A stretch of 63,097 bases of DNA, the filler included, from Octopus bimaculoides (Eukaryota): NCBI RefSeq assembly GCF_001194135.2. It is 6 parts of 6 records of this genome, joined end to end, with 100 filler letters (N's around TTAATTAATTAA, not from the genome) between each part and the next. Parts side by side here need not be neighbours in the genome. Positions count along the whole stretch, not along the records: positions 17,108 to 28,795 come from NC_068986.1; positions 28,896 to 33,231 come from NC_068994.1; positions 33,332 to 56,452 come from NC_068996.1; 3 more parts are not named here. The stretch is one strand, 5' to 3'. This document shows, piece after piece, positions 28,545 through 39,581 of the stretch. Every line of letters starts with the position of its first letter. Positions within the stretch are counted from its first letter, which is position 1. The position numbers were made by a program, and so were the translations under genes. Under the pieces are notes generated by a model. The model saw only the letters and a list, made by a program, of their open reading frames with translations, ran no database searches and was not told the origin of the DNA.

Positions 28545-28772
28545 AACATTGGATTCAAATTTTGGCACAAGGCCAGCAATTTTTGGAGAGGTGGGGGTAA
28601 GTCGATTACATCTGTCCGAGTGCACAACTGGTACTTAATTTATCGACCCGATAGGATGAACTGCAAATTCGACCTCGGCGGAATTTGAACTCAGAATGTA
28701 GCGACGGGCGACGGGCGAAATACTGCGAATTATTTTGCCTGGCATGCTAACGATTCTACCAGCTCGCCGCTT
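28545..28772 (-). mobile_element. SINE family B
   Basis: Minus strand gcggcgagctggtagaatcgttagcatgccagg...ttctgagttcaaattccgccgaggtcgaa...ccttgtgccaaaatttgaa. Confidence 0.88.
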
Positions 28773-29544
28773 TCAATAATAATAATAATAATAATNNNNN
28801 NNNNNNNNNNNNNNNNNNNNNNNNNNNNNNNNNNNNNNNTTAATTAATTAANNNNNNNNNNNNNNNNNNNNNNNNNNNNNNNNNNNNNNNNNNNNACGAA
28901 TGGTATATGTAATATTAATTAAAATATTAAAAAATTATTAAAAATATTAAAGTGTATACTATCCTTTAAAGAAATTGTAAAATTAATCCTCCTATAATTC
29001 GGAAAGTTCGTTTTTTTAATCCTTTGTTGAAATATTAAGAGAAATATATTTTTTAAATAAAAATCGGTATGTTTTTCTGAATATATATAAGACTTCGGTA
29101 TGTAATTATAGTAAAATTCATCTTGTTGTTGGATATGTTGGTAGTCCTATGAATCCCATCAATGTTTAAAAGTTCATCCATTGCAAATATTTCATCATTA
29201 AATTTAGCTAGACTTGAGAATATTATATATATATATATACATTTATTACTTGTCTCAATCATTAGTCTGCGGTCATACTGGAGTATATATAAACGAGTGG
29301 ACAAACGCAGGAAAGAGACACTCATCACATTTGATAGTTCTATTATTATGTAACATAATGTGATCAACATACGAATCTTTAATTTACATGGGGTCAAATG
29401 AAGCTGCTTTTTTCAAATAATAATAATTGGCATATTACCAGCCAATGTACGCCACTAGCCCAGAAGGAATATAAGAGACACAACGACAATATAGCCAGGC
29501 TTGTCCATTGGACACAAGGATAAAATAAAATTTAATAATCTCAG

Positions 29545-29790
29545 ACGAATTCATATTTCAACAAAATGATATCGGGAGTTACTTCCCCTGCATATCGTTT
29601 ATGCATATGTAACAAAGCAAAAAGAACATTTTGATTCATCAAACGAAAATCTAATGAGTTCGAGTCACTCATCCAATGAGTATTTCTACCAAATTTGGTG
29701 AAAATCCGTTCAGCCGTTTTCCAGTAATTTTGCAAACACACAAACAGACAAATATGAACGCCTACATTCGCTTACGCGTGCGGGGTAATA
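29545..29790 (+). mobile_element. Putative non-autonomous Helitron/Helentron-like (DINE-like) fragment
   Basis: ccaaatttggtgaaaatccgttcagccgtttt core and GC-rich 3' end cgcttacgcgtgcggggtaata, reminiscent of such elements. Confidence 0.45.
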
Positions 29791-29799
29791 GTAACGATG

Positions 29800-30425
29800 A
29801 GAAGAAGAAGAAATCGAGGGAAAATATGCAAGCTGCTGAGTTGTAATAAGATGCCAAAGGCAGACGTGGATCGTCTTTATCTCCTCAGACACCAAGGAAG
29901 TCGAGACTTAATGCAATTTGAACTCTCCCACAAAACCACCACCATTGGACTGGCTATGTATCTTGAAACAACCAACGACTGGATGCTGAAGCTCGTTGAA
30001 AATCACGCGGCATAAGATGGTTCATTCTTTCATGAAGGGGAAAAGAGAAATTTGCTGCTGATCTGATGCATGATACCGAAGCTGAACAACCTGAGGGAAG
30101 TGCGGCAACTGTTGTTGCAAAGGAATGTGATGTTAATGACCAAGAAAAACACGTACGGCCAATTGGCTGAGAGGTGGGGCGGCAGTGGGGAGAGAAACCT
30201 CAGCATGGCAAATATGTGGCCCGTAGCAAACAAGCAAATGTAGAACAGAAGCACACCCAGCGGCTACGGAGCTCTGGGCTGAAGGCGAAGAGCGAAGGCA
30301 TCTTCTTAGATGCTCAAGGTCAAAGCTTATTGGCCCGGAAGGACAGAGCCAATGTGAAGGAAAATAGAGTAAAACCAGAATACCGATTCTGCAATGACGT
30401 GATTGAAAGAGTGAACCACATATAA
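29800..30425 (+). mobile_element. R4/Dong-like LINE fragment (thumb to zinc-knuckle region)
   Basis: PKADVDRLYLLRHQGSRDL, WGEKPQHGKY, SSGLKAKSEGIFLDAQGQSL, RFCNDVIERVNHI. Confidence 0.85.
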
Positions 30426-30449
30426 GCAAAGCCGAAGACAGAGAGCTGG

Positions 30450-30650
30450 CAGAATCGGTACCGCATCTGAAAAATTGCTTAGCAGCATTTCATCTATTCT
30501 TACGTTCTAAGTTCAAATGTTGCCGGGATTGATTTTGCCTTTCACTTTTTCGGGGTCGATAAAATAAGTACCAGTTGAGCACCGGAGTCGATGTAATCGA
30601 CTTGATTCCTGCCCTGAAATTGCTAGTCTGGTGCCACAATTTGAAACTAA
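30450..30650 (+). mobile_element. SINE family B
   Basis: gagctggcagaatcggta...ttctaagttcaaat...ggggtcgataaaataagtaccagttg...gtgccacaatttgaaact. Confidence 0.8.
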
Positions 30651-30719
30651 TGTAAGCAAAGCTAATGTGGTTGATTTTTATAAAATTACCGCTATTTGAA
30701 CTATTAACAATTAGATTTA

Positions 30720-31500
30720 TACATCTTCAATCATGTGTTTCTTTTCGTGACACGTGCATGTTGTCTTCGAGTGCTCAATTTAACATTGCGCTTTGCCATG
30801 AGCGTTGCTTTCATCACCAATCTTCTACTTTTAGGGAGAATTCTATAAGCTATAAATAGTTTGTCCACTAACGTTTTCCTACTTAGACTTTGTAGCAACA
30901 AATTGTAATGTTCCTTGCTGCGCATGCAACAAGAAGCATTACAATTGCTCCTTGTTGCATCGTTGTGATGAGCTGGTGGGAAAGTATCATAATTGTGCGA
31001 CCAATACAATAGTCAGAGTCGTGAAGTTTACAACTTTTACGTCTGCAATCAGAATTACAGACCACATTGATTGTTAGTAGCTTGCTCGTAGGTTTATATG
31101 TTTGTGATACGTTCGTACTCAGAAAGTTTTTAATCTTAATATTGTTGTTGTTTATTATTAATAATAGTACATATTTTTTATATTTTGTTTTTAGAAGTTT
31201 CTAATGTGTCTCTGTATTATTAGCATGTGTTTCATTTGTGGCTTGTGGATTATTAAATAGGCGTAATGTCTGTTGCATTTGTTATGCTGTATTTATGTTT
31301 CTAATGCTGTATGGCTTGATTTAATACTTGTTAGAATGACTAGTGTAGATTAGTGTTTTGTTTATTCTGTGAATTTCTCCATTTTGTCTTTATCTGGTTT
31401 GTGCAGAAGAATCTAAATGATATTTCTGAATACAAGTAGACAGGAATACATTTGTAGACAACGTTTTCTTACTCTACAGAATTCTCCACAAAAGTAGACG
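30720..31500 (-). mobile_element. Decayed Penelope-like element, GIY-YIG region
   Basis: NVVC...YCIGRTIMILSHQL...QQGAI and SRRLVMKATLMAKRNVKL match the PLE pattern YIG.T.T.LS.RLT.H.Q.GAI...RL.I.EAL.I. Confidence 0.65.
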
Positions 31501-31994
31501 ATTAATAACGTAAGAAATACTCATAACAGCAACACACTGCTGAAATAAACACGCAGACGACATATATTAGTCAAAACAAACAATAAACACAGACTGATGA
31601 CATATAAGTGTAAAGGTTATAAATTAAAAATCCAGCGTTGATATCTACAGCATGGTTTTCTCAACCTTTTGTAACTCAGCGCCCCCACTGGCGTTTCAAA
31701 CGCTCCTCCCAATCATTTACAAAAGAAAAAATAAATAAACCACACACACACACACACACTCGAGGTTATTTTAATCGAACAGAATTTCACTTTGCGCAGT
31801 GGTGTGTTATTTAGATGTTCTTCTCGTTACTCCATATATCAGGTGCCTCCTTTGCGAGGACTAATGACCTCGTCATAAAAAGTTTAAGGAAATTACTTAA
31901 AAAACAAGGCGCGATTGTATTGAACCTCGACCGATCTTAACCTGAGCGGCAGCATCTCTTGCTTGCGTGTGAGGTTACCATGTTTCTTATTTCT

Positions 31995-32220
31995 TTATTA
32001 CCCACAAGGGGCTAAACATAGAGGGGACAAACAAGGACAGTCAAAGGGATTAAGTCGATTCCATCGACCCAGTGCGTAACTGGTACTTAATTTATCGACC
32101 CCGAAAGGATGAAAGGCAAAGTCGACCTCGGCGGAATTTGAACTCAGAACGTAAAGACAGATGAAATACTGCTAAGCATTTCGCCCGGCGTGCTAACGTT
32201 TCTACCAGCTCACCGTCTTA
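31995..32220 (-). mobile_element. SINE family B, well preserved
   Basis: ttacccacaaggggctaaacatagaggggacaaacaagg...gaaaggcaaagtcgacctcggcggaatttgaactcagaacgt...ctaccagctcaccgtctt. Confidence 0.9.
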
Positions 32221-32463
32221 CTCAAATTCTAAGTCAGACTAAGATATTTTTGAAAATGTGTTTATAATATCAATATCGTACCGGGTTCAAATAGCGCCCG
32301 TGTGCGAGCTCGCAACCTCCTACACAGACAATCGTGCACATAGGCACATAGATGCGTAGGTACAATTCTTGAAAAAATATTCCGAAACATTTGTTTGTTT
32401 GTATGTGTGTATATATTTTCTTCTTCCGTCTTCCTTTTCTCTTGGACTTTCCTTTGTCTCCTC

Positions 32464-32496
32464 TTTCTGAAGAAGAGCTTTGCTCGAAACGTTAAA
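32464..32496 (+). ncRNA. Minimal type I hammerhead-ribozyme-like motif (Penelope-type)
   Basis: TTT-CTGAAGA-A-GAGC-ttt-GCTC-GAAAC-GT-T-AAA: core boxes, perfect 4-bp stem II, palindromic stem III and 3-bp stem I. Confidence 0.6.
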
Positions 32497-32612
32497 CCAC
32501 CTTTCTTTCCTTCCCAGAGCGTCTGCTAATACTTCACCACGTCCTCGCTTTGCTGGTTTTTTTTTTGTTTATTCTTCGTTTTTTTATTTATTTATATATA
32601 TAAATGTGTGTG

Positions 32613-32654
<42 letters not shown>

Positions 32655-32919
32655 TATATAAGTATATATATGTGTCTGTGCGCGTGAAGGCCCTGTTGTT
32701 TGAGTAGGCAAGACAGGCAGTACCTACCGTGACTAAATCTATAAATATTAATTATCAATTATAGAAAATAAATGATTTCTAATACATTATAAAAAATGCT
32801 AATTTAATGCATGAAATTCAGTATAGAATTCGGTAAATGACTGCCATTTTGATGTTAGAATGGCACAATTTCCGATGCTTTCATCTTTAATGTTTATATT
32901 AATGCTAATNNNNNNNNNN

Positions 32920-32984
<65 letters not shown>

Positions 32985-33467
32985 AAGAGATAGAGACTGT
33001 GTTTGTGTGTGTGTTTTGCATGACGCGTTTGTTTTATCAGCAATGGTTCAGTTAACTCAAAAGGATATTATTATTGGATGTGTGTATAAAATAGCAATAA
33101 TGAACGTGTGTGTGGGTGGTGGTGGGGTTATTTGGTGGGTTGGTGGGTGGGTGTTGGGGGGAATGTGTCTATATGTACATAGAATGGTTTATGCAATACA
33201 GCTATATATATATATATATATATATATATATNNNNNNNNNNNNNNNNNNNNNNNNNNNNNNNNNNNNNNNNNNNNTTAATTAATTAANNNNNNNNNNNNN
33301 NNNNNNNNNNNNNNNNNNNNNNNNNNNNNNNATATATATATATATATATATATAAGCAATATATGAGTATATATTATATCTACATGTAGATATATATATA
33401 TCTACATGTATATATAGATACATATCTGGGTACATGACGTTGCAAAAGAACATGACACATACACGTG

Positions 33468-33575
<108 letters not shown>

Positions 33576-33585
33576 TACACACACA

Positions 33586-34355
33586 TATTAATATTTCTAA
33601 ATCTCTCTAAAGGTGATTACGGCAGCAGTACTGGATATTAATAGTTATCGCCAAGCTAACATGCTAGCCAAGGAAAATAGGACGAATGCTGCCGTTAATT
33701 AGCTCCAAGAGGCCATCGCCTCTAGCTAGCTATGTGACACACGAACCTGTGTCCATTAAAATCTTCGAACAGGGGAAGTCAGCAGCTTCCCCTTGCTAGT
33801 TCAATATCCACAGACTAGTTTCAGGGTATTTTCCCCTTCTCAATGTGGAGGAGCTGAACCCAGTAGGCGTCGCTGCTGACCCCCTGTTCGAAGGTTGTTA
33901 TGCACACAGGTTTGTGTGTCACATAGCTAGCTAGGTGCGATGGCCTCTTGGAGTTAATTAACAGCAGTATTCTCCTATTTTCCTGGACTGCCATGTTAGC
34001 TTGGCGATAACTATTAATGTCCAGTACTGCTGCCATAGTCTCCTTCAAAGAGATTTAGAAATATTAATATTTCTATTTTTAAAAACCAGTGGATGTGTTC
34101 CACTGAATATTTATAAATAAACCTTCGAATAGACAGTGGGTTCGGCTACTCCACATTGATAAGGGGCAAATACTCCGAAACTAGTCTGTGGATGTTGAAC
34201 CAGCAAGGGAAAACTGCTGATCTCCCCTGTTCGAAAGTTGTAATGGAGACAGGTTTGTGTGTCACATAGCTAGCTAGAGGCGATGGCCTCTTAGAGCTAA
34301 TCAACGCAGCATTCATCCTATTTTCCTGGACTGCCATGTTAGCTTGGCGATAACT

Positions 34356-34358
<3 letters not shown>
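33586..34358. repeat. Fold-back repeat with three related arms
   Basis: 33586-33775 is the reverse complement of 33880-34069 (ends tattaatatttctaaatctct / agagatttagaaatattaata). 34140-34358 is a further inverted copy of arm plus spacer. Confidence 0.9.
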
Positions 34359-34389
<31 letters not shown>

Positions 34390-35084
34390 TATATATATAT
34401 NNNNNNNNNNNNNNNNNNNNNNNNNNNNNNNNNNNNNNNNNNNNNNNNNNNNNNNNNNNNNNNNNNTATATATATTATATAACTTGGTTTAAGAAGAGAC
34501 AAAAATTTAGATAAATTATTCTATAGTTATGATTTACATCAACATCATAAATACATATAACACAAAATTACAGCAAGACAAGGAACATATCAATATATTA
34601 TTTAGAATAGAAATAAGAATTATACGAGGTAAAAAATATACGTAAAAAGGATAAATAAATAAAAATCATGTTACATTTAAGATTAAAACACACTGAATTA
34701 AGGTATCTGATGGTGTAGCCGACGACTAACATAACGTAACCTAAAATTTTCTTTTCTCTTACATTTCTTCAAACTTAATTATCCATTTATTTATTCCTGA
34801 TGAAGGGGACATTGTCAGTGTGAAACTAAAGGATTCATACCTTGTTGACTAATGGACTCCAGAAAGGCAGTCAAAATACATCTTATACGGTGCTATAACC
34901 CTCTATAAACATCTCTTCGGAACTTCTCTAAACCTTTAAATCCATCGTTAGGATTTCTCACTGTCGTGGATGTAATCCATAATTCAACTTAAATGTAATA
35001 TGATTTTTAATCGATATATCACCCTTTATTTATTTACAGTTTCACTCATAGCTTGGGGAGGGAAAATAGCGAAATATCTTCATG

Positions 35085-35320
35085 TAATACAACACAGACA
35101 TTTAAATGGATATGTTTTTCTATGGATGTGGGCAGTACTTGTCAGTACAATCTTTTGGATTTCTTTGAGACATGGTTCTTCTGGGATTTTATCTAATGTT
35201 TCTAACATCCCTTCCTTGTCTTTAATAATTATGTCTGATCGATTAGCCTGGATCATTCTGTCAGTGTTGACTGGAAAATCGCAGAGGATAGTGAGATTTC
35301 TACCTTCCACGACTGGCTCA
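35085..35320 (-). mobile_element. Internally deleted 3' end of an R4/Dong-like LINE (RLE domain)
   Basis: PVVEGRNLTILCDFPVNTDRMIQANRSDIIIKDK joined to KIPEEPCLKEIQKIVLTSTAHI. It abuts (TAA)n. Confidence 0.85.
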
Positions 35321-35327
35321 TTATTAA

Positions 35328-35390
<63 letters not shown>

Positions 35391-35764
35391 CATCATCATC
35401 ATCATCATCATCATTGTCGTTGTTGTCACTGCCGTCGTCGTCGTTGTTGTTGTTGTTGCAGTTATATATTTGGCTTTTGCTTTGTGTTTGTACAAGTTGA
35501 CCCCAAGTCTCACTGAGAGACCTCAAGAGACAACAAGTTAGGAGTTCAAATTGATGTTATGACTAGGATACCATATTTTTGGTTTTGCACGGAGTATTGT
35601 TCTAGTAAATGTCTGTCAAAACATAAGAAAATTAAAAGTTTGCTTTAAAAATAATTTTATGATAAGATGATAGTGTGATCTTAAAATGACAGTAAAAGAT
35701 GTTTGCTATTGTATACATTTGAAAATACTTTTGATGATGTTCACAGATTAAAATGTTTTTGAAA

Positions 35765-36530
35765 TTACATAGAGAATATTTTTCTTAGGATGTGAGCAGT
35801 TCCCGTGAGCAATATTTTAAAATTTTCTTCCATTTTTGGATTTCCTGGTATCTGAAATAGGGAACAATCAGCCCTTATTGCTATTATCCCTAGGACGCTT
35901 ATGACAGCAGTTTTGAGGTTCCACATTTTGCCAGTTTGTATTTCAAAATCTTTATATTTGCTCAGTTTTTGGGTAGGTCTTGACATTTAAGTCGACTGGA
36001 ACAGTCATATCAATGAGAAGGCATGATTTTGTCTGAAATCCTTCAGTATAATGTCTGACCTATTTGCATCTATCTTTCAGTCAGTTTGAACAGTAAAGTT
36101 CCAAAGGAATGAGATGTGATCATTTTCAAACACTGGAGGTGGTTTGTGTTCCGACCAGTTTTTACCACGGAGCAGGTCCAGGTTCTTGCATATTACCCAG
36201 TGAATCTACTAGGTCGCTTTATCATGCCTGTTGAGATACGCTGTGAGCGCAAGAAGGCTGCATATGAAGACAATGTGGTTGATGGTTTCTGCCTTTTGTC
36301 TACATAGATGACATGTTGGGCTACTGCCGTTTTTGAAGATGTTGGACTGATAACTTCTTGTAGGTTGGCATTGATCCTAGGCTGCTATGATAAACCCTTC
36401 TGTCTCTGACTTTAAGCCAGAATACGCCAACCATTAATGGGTAAGGGCTTTGTCAACATCAGCATTATTAGGTCTCTTTGGGTATTTGCTATTGGGAGAT
36501 TTTTCTTACCATTTATCATTGAGAATATCT
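35765..36530 (-). mobile_element. R4/Dong-like LINE 3' fragment
   Basis: KLSKYKDFEIQTGKMWNLKT...QIPGNPKMEE..ILLTGTAHILRKIFSM. Upstream GLKSETEGFIIAA and DHQHVVY pieces. The 5' end abuts (TAA)n at 36540-36648. Confidence 0.88.
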
Positions 36531-36570
36531 AGGGCAGTAGTTGTTACTATTATTATTATTGTTGTTGTTA

Positions 36571-36649
<79 letters not shown>

Positions 36650-36900
36650 GGGAATCAGGTCACAAGGAGTAGGCAATTCATTCCAGACGAAGCTTTTATG
36701 GGACAGGAACTTTTGGGTCTGCTATATAAGCCCGTATAGGCTTTGGAACTCCTGGGACAGAGATGGGACGGTACACTCAAGGGTTTCCCCAGGCGGCACA
36801 TATTCTAGCTGCACCACTGTTGTTTCATAACTTCCATGTTAGCCTGACAAGTAAAAGCTTTTATAAAATGTATTCCAGCCGTGACAATCCAGTTTTAATT
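36650..36900 (-). mobile_element. Possible CR1/Jockey-like LINE 3' remnant
   Basis: Minus-strand FVWNELPTP resembles the LINE C-terminal LWNSLP motif. Otherwise heavily decayed. Confidence 0.35.
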
Positions 36901-39017
36901 ATATTTATTGTTGGTTTGTTCTCTTGGTTTGGTTTACTCTGCTTTTGGTTTTTCTTTTTTGTTTTCTTCACACGCATTTAATTAATTATCAAGTTAATTA
37001 ATACCAAGTAATTTCAATGTTCTGGAGAAGGATGAAGTTTCAGGGTAAGTTGTTTGCTATTAAGACAACTGAAGGTAAATGAAGCATGTGAGTGCATGCG
37101 TGTATGTGCTTTTTGTGTGAATGTGAGCACGTGTGCGTGTATGTGCATATGTGTATTTGAGTGTATGTGTTTGTGAGTGTGTGTGTTTGTATATATGTGT
37201 ATACGAAGAGTGTTGAACACAATATGTGTGAAGAAGGCCGGAGAAGCGAATGAGTCAAAGTGTGACAACAAAACTAATCATTCACTTGGAAGAGAGACCA
37301 TTATAGTTGTTGTAGAAATGACAGAGGAAGTGGAAACAGCACGAGTGTAAGTAAGAATCTGGAGTGTGATTCTGAGCGACTCTATGCTAATTTGTCGAGT
37401 GGCTCTTCTTTGAATGTAGCCTAATGTCATTACCGGTGGCTATTGTTGATATAGAGACCCGGGCTCTCTTGTGGGTGTCAACTGAGCTTGTTAGAGGCTT
37501 AGTAATTAACAGGGTCAGAAAGCATTTCTAACCCTAAGAACAAACATCTGTCACTGTGATGCGATCTGAGAAATGTTAAAGATGTGCTTTCGTTTCGGTG
37601 ATAGTGTGGTGACCTTGCACTGGGAGCGACTGTGAAGGCTGTATTTGTTTGCTACTAGTGTTTAAGGGAGTGTGGTGAGGTACGATGTGGTCTACTTTGA
37701 TATAAGTAGTTCCTTTGACATCTTGTATTGAAACTAAAACACCTGCATATAGCTAGAATCGTATAAGCTGTTTATATACATTTATGTACATACACACATA
37801 CGTACCTCACAAAGACACACACACAAAGGCACACACTGAAGACACACATGTACAGACATACATGCACAAACACACATGCACGTACACTGACACGTACTCG
37901 TACTCATGTATACACATGTACTCACATGCATATGGGGAAAACTGACTATTCACTGCCGTTGCATTACCCCAAAGTGACAGCACTTTTTGGAAGGAATCAT
38001 TTTGCACCTGGCTCTTTATTTTATCGGCTGCGAGTTATCAGAAACACTTTTATACCACAAAGGCCTTCGAGAAATACAAGAATGTCTCTACATCGTTCAC
38101 ATTCCTAATCCGTGTCTTAATATTATGTTATGTCCGAGGACAGGGCATTTTACTTTCAATAATCTCTTTCTCGCAGCAAAGAGGTAGGTAAGACATGAAG
38201 AATTATAGCTCATTCCAACAGTAATCATCGCGCCATTTTATAATATCTGGAACTATACCGTCAAATGTGTCCTTCAAACAAGATAGTAAGTTATGATTTA
38301 AGAGAATTTGACTGCTTTGCTCTTTCAAGCATGCTGAACGACCTCTAACAGGCTTCGTCACTGACTCGTTGGTCATTGTTGAATATCATCTTGTGTTCGA
38401 CATTTCCCTGAAGTCATGCTAGAAGCACTCATTTTGTGGTCTTGATTCATCCGTTTCATGACCGCCATCACTAACACTACCATCACTATCAACACTAACA
38501 CCATCACCATTACCACTACCACTATTAAAATCGTAAGTCATTCTGAAATCGTAAATTTATAGGCTGCAACCCGATCGTCGTACGAAAACAACACTATAAT
38601 ACATGCACATATAGCGGAATGTTATGCTTTTGCTTGTTTAAAACTAACATCAATCAATACGATTGGTTATTGGCTGGAGATTGAAGTTAATGAAATTGAC
38701 TTTGTTTTATTGTACAAAACAAAAATCTTCAGTTTATTAGTTGTTTACAAATATTATGAGAGACGAATAAGCACATAAAAGAAAATCCCAGCAAGAAAGA
38801 GAGGCAAGCAGCTAAAATGCCATTAATTATACAACATGGTATAATATAGATTTCATATGGCTTTTAAAACGGGACATTTTAATAAATCAGAGATATACTA
38901 GATGCCGCACAAACACACATACACACACATGCACACCAAAAGTTTAATGAACTGAAATTCGTCTATAAGTTTGAGAGATAGAGGAAAGAAAACGGACAGA
39001 CAGACAAACAGACAGAC

Positions 39018-39084
<67 letters not shown>

Positions 39085-39469
39085 ANNNNNNNNNNNNNNN
39101 NNNNNNNNNNNNNNNNNNNNNNNNNNNNNNNNNNNNNNNNNNNNNNNNNNNNNNNNNNNNNNNNNNNNNNNNNNNNNNNNNNNNNNNNNNNNNNNNNNNN
39201 NNNNNNNNNNNNNNNNNNNNNNNNNNNNNNNNNNNNNNNNNNNNNNNNNNNNNNNNNNNNNNNNNNNNNNNNNNNNNNNNNNNNNNNNNNNNNNNNNNNN
39301 NNNNNNNNNNNNNNNNNNNNNNNNNNNNNNNNNNNNNNNNNNNNNNNNNNNNNNNNNNNNNNNNNNNNNNNNNNNNNNNNNNNNNNNNNNNNNNNNNNNN
39401 NNNNNNNNNNNNNNNNNNNNNNNNNNNNNNNNNNNNNNNNNNNNNNNNNNNNNNNNNNNNNNNNNNNNN

Positions 39470-39567
<98 letters not shown>

Positions 39568-39581
39568 TATAATAATAATAA
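39470..39581 (+). repeat. (TAA)n array at the 5' edge of an R4/Dong-like LINE
   Basis: More than 35 near-perfect TAA units. Confidence 0.95.

Noticed and set aside
31645-31900. hAT-like MITE (ttctcaaccttt ... aaaagtttaagg)
   Set aside because: Termini too degenerate and no 8-bp TSD found.
37230-37760. Possible very old Penelope (Neptune-type) remnant on the minus strand
   Set aside because: Only vague nucleotide resemblance; no GIY-YIG or RT motif could be translated.
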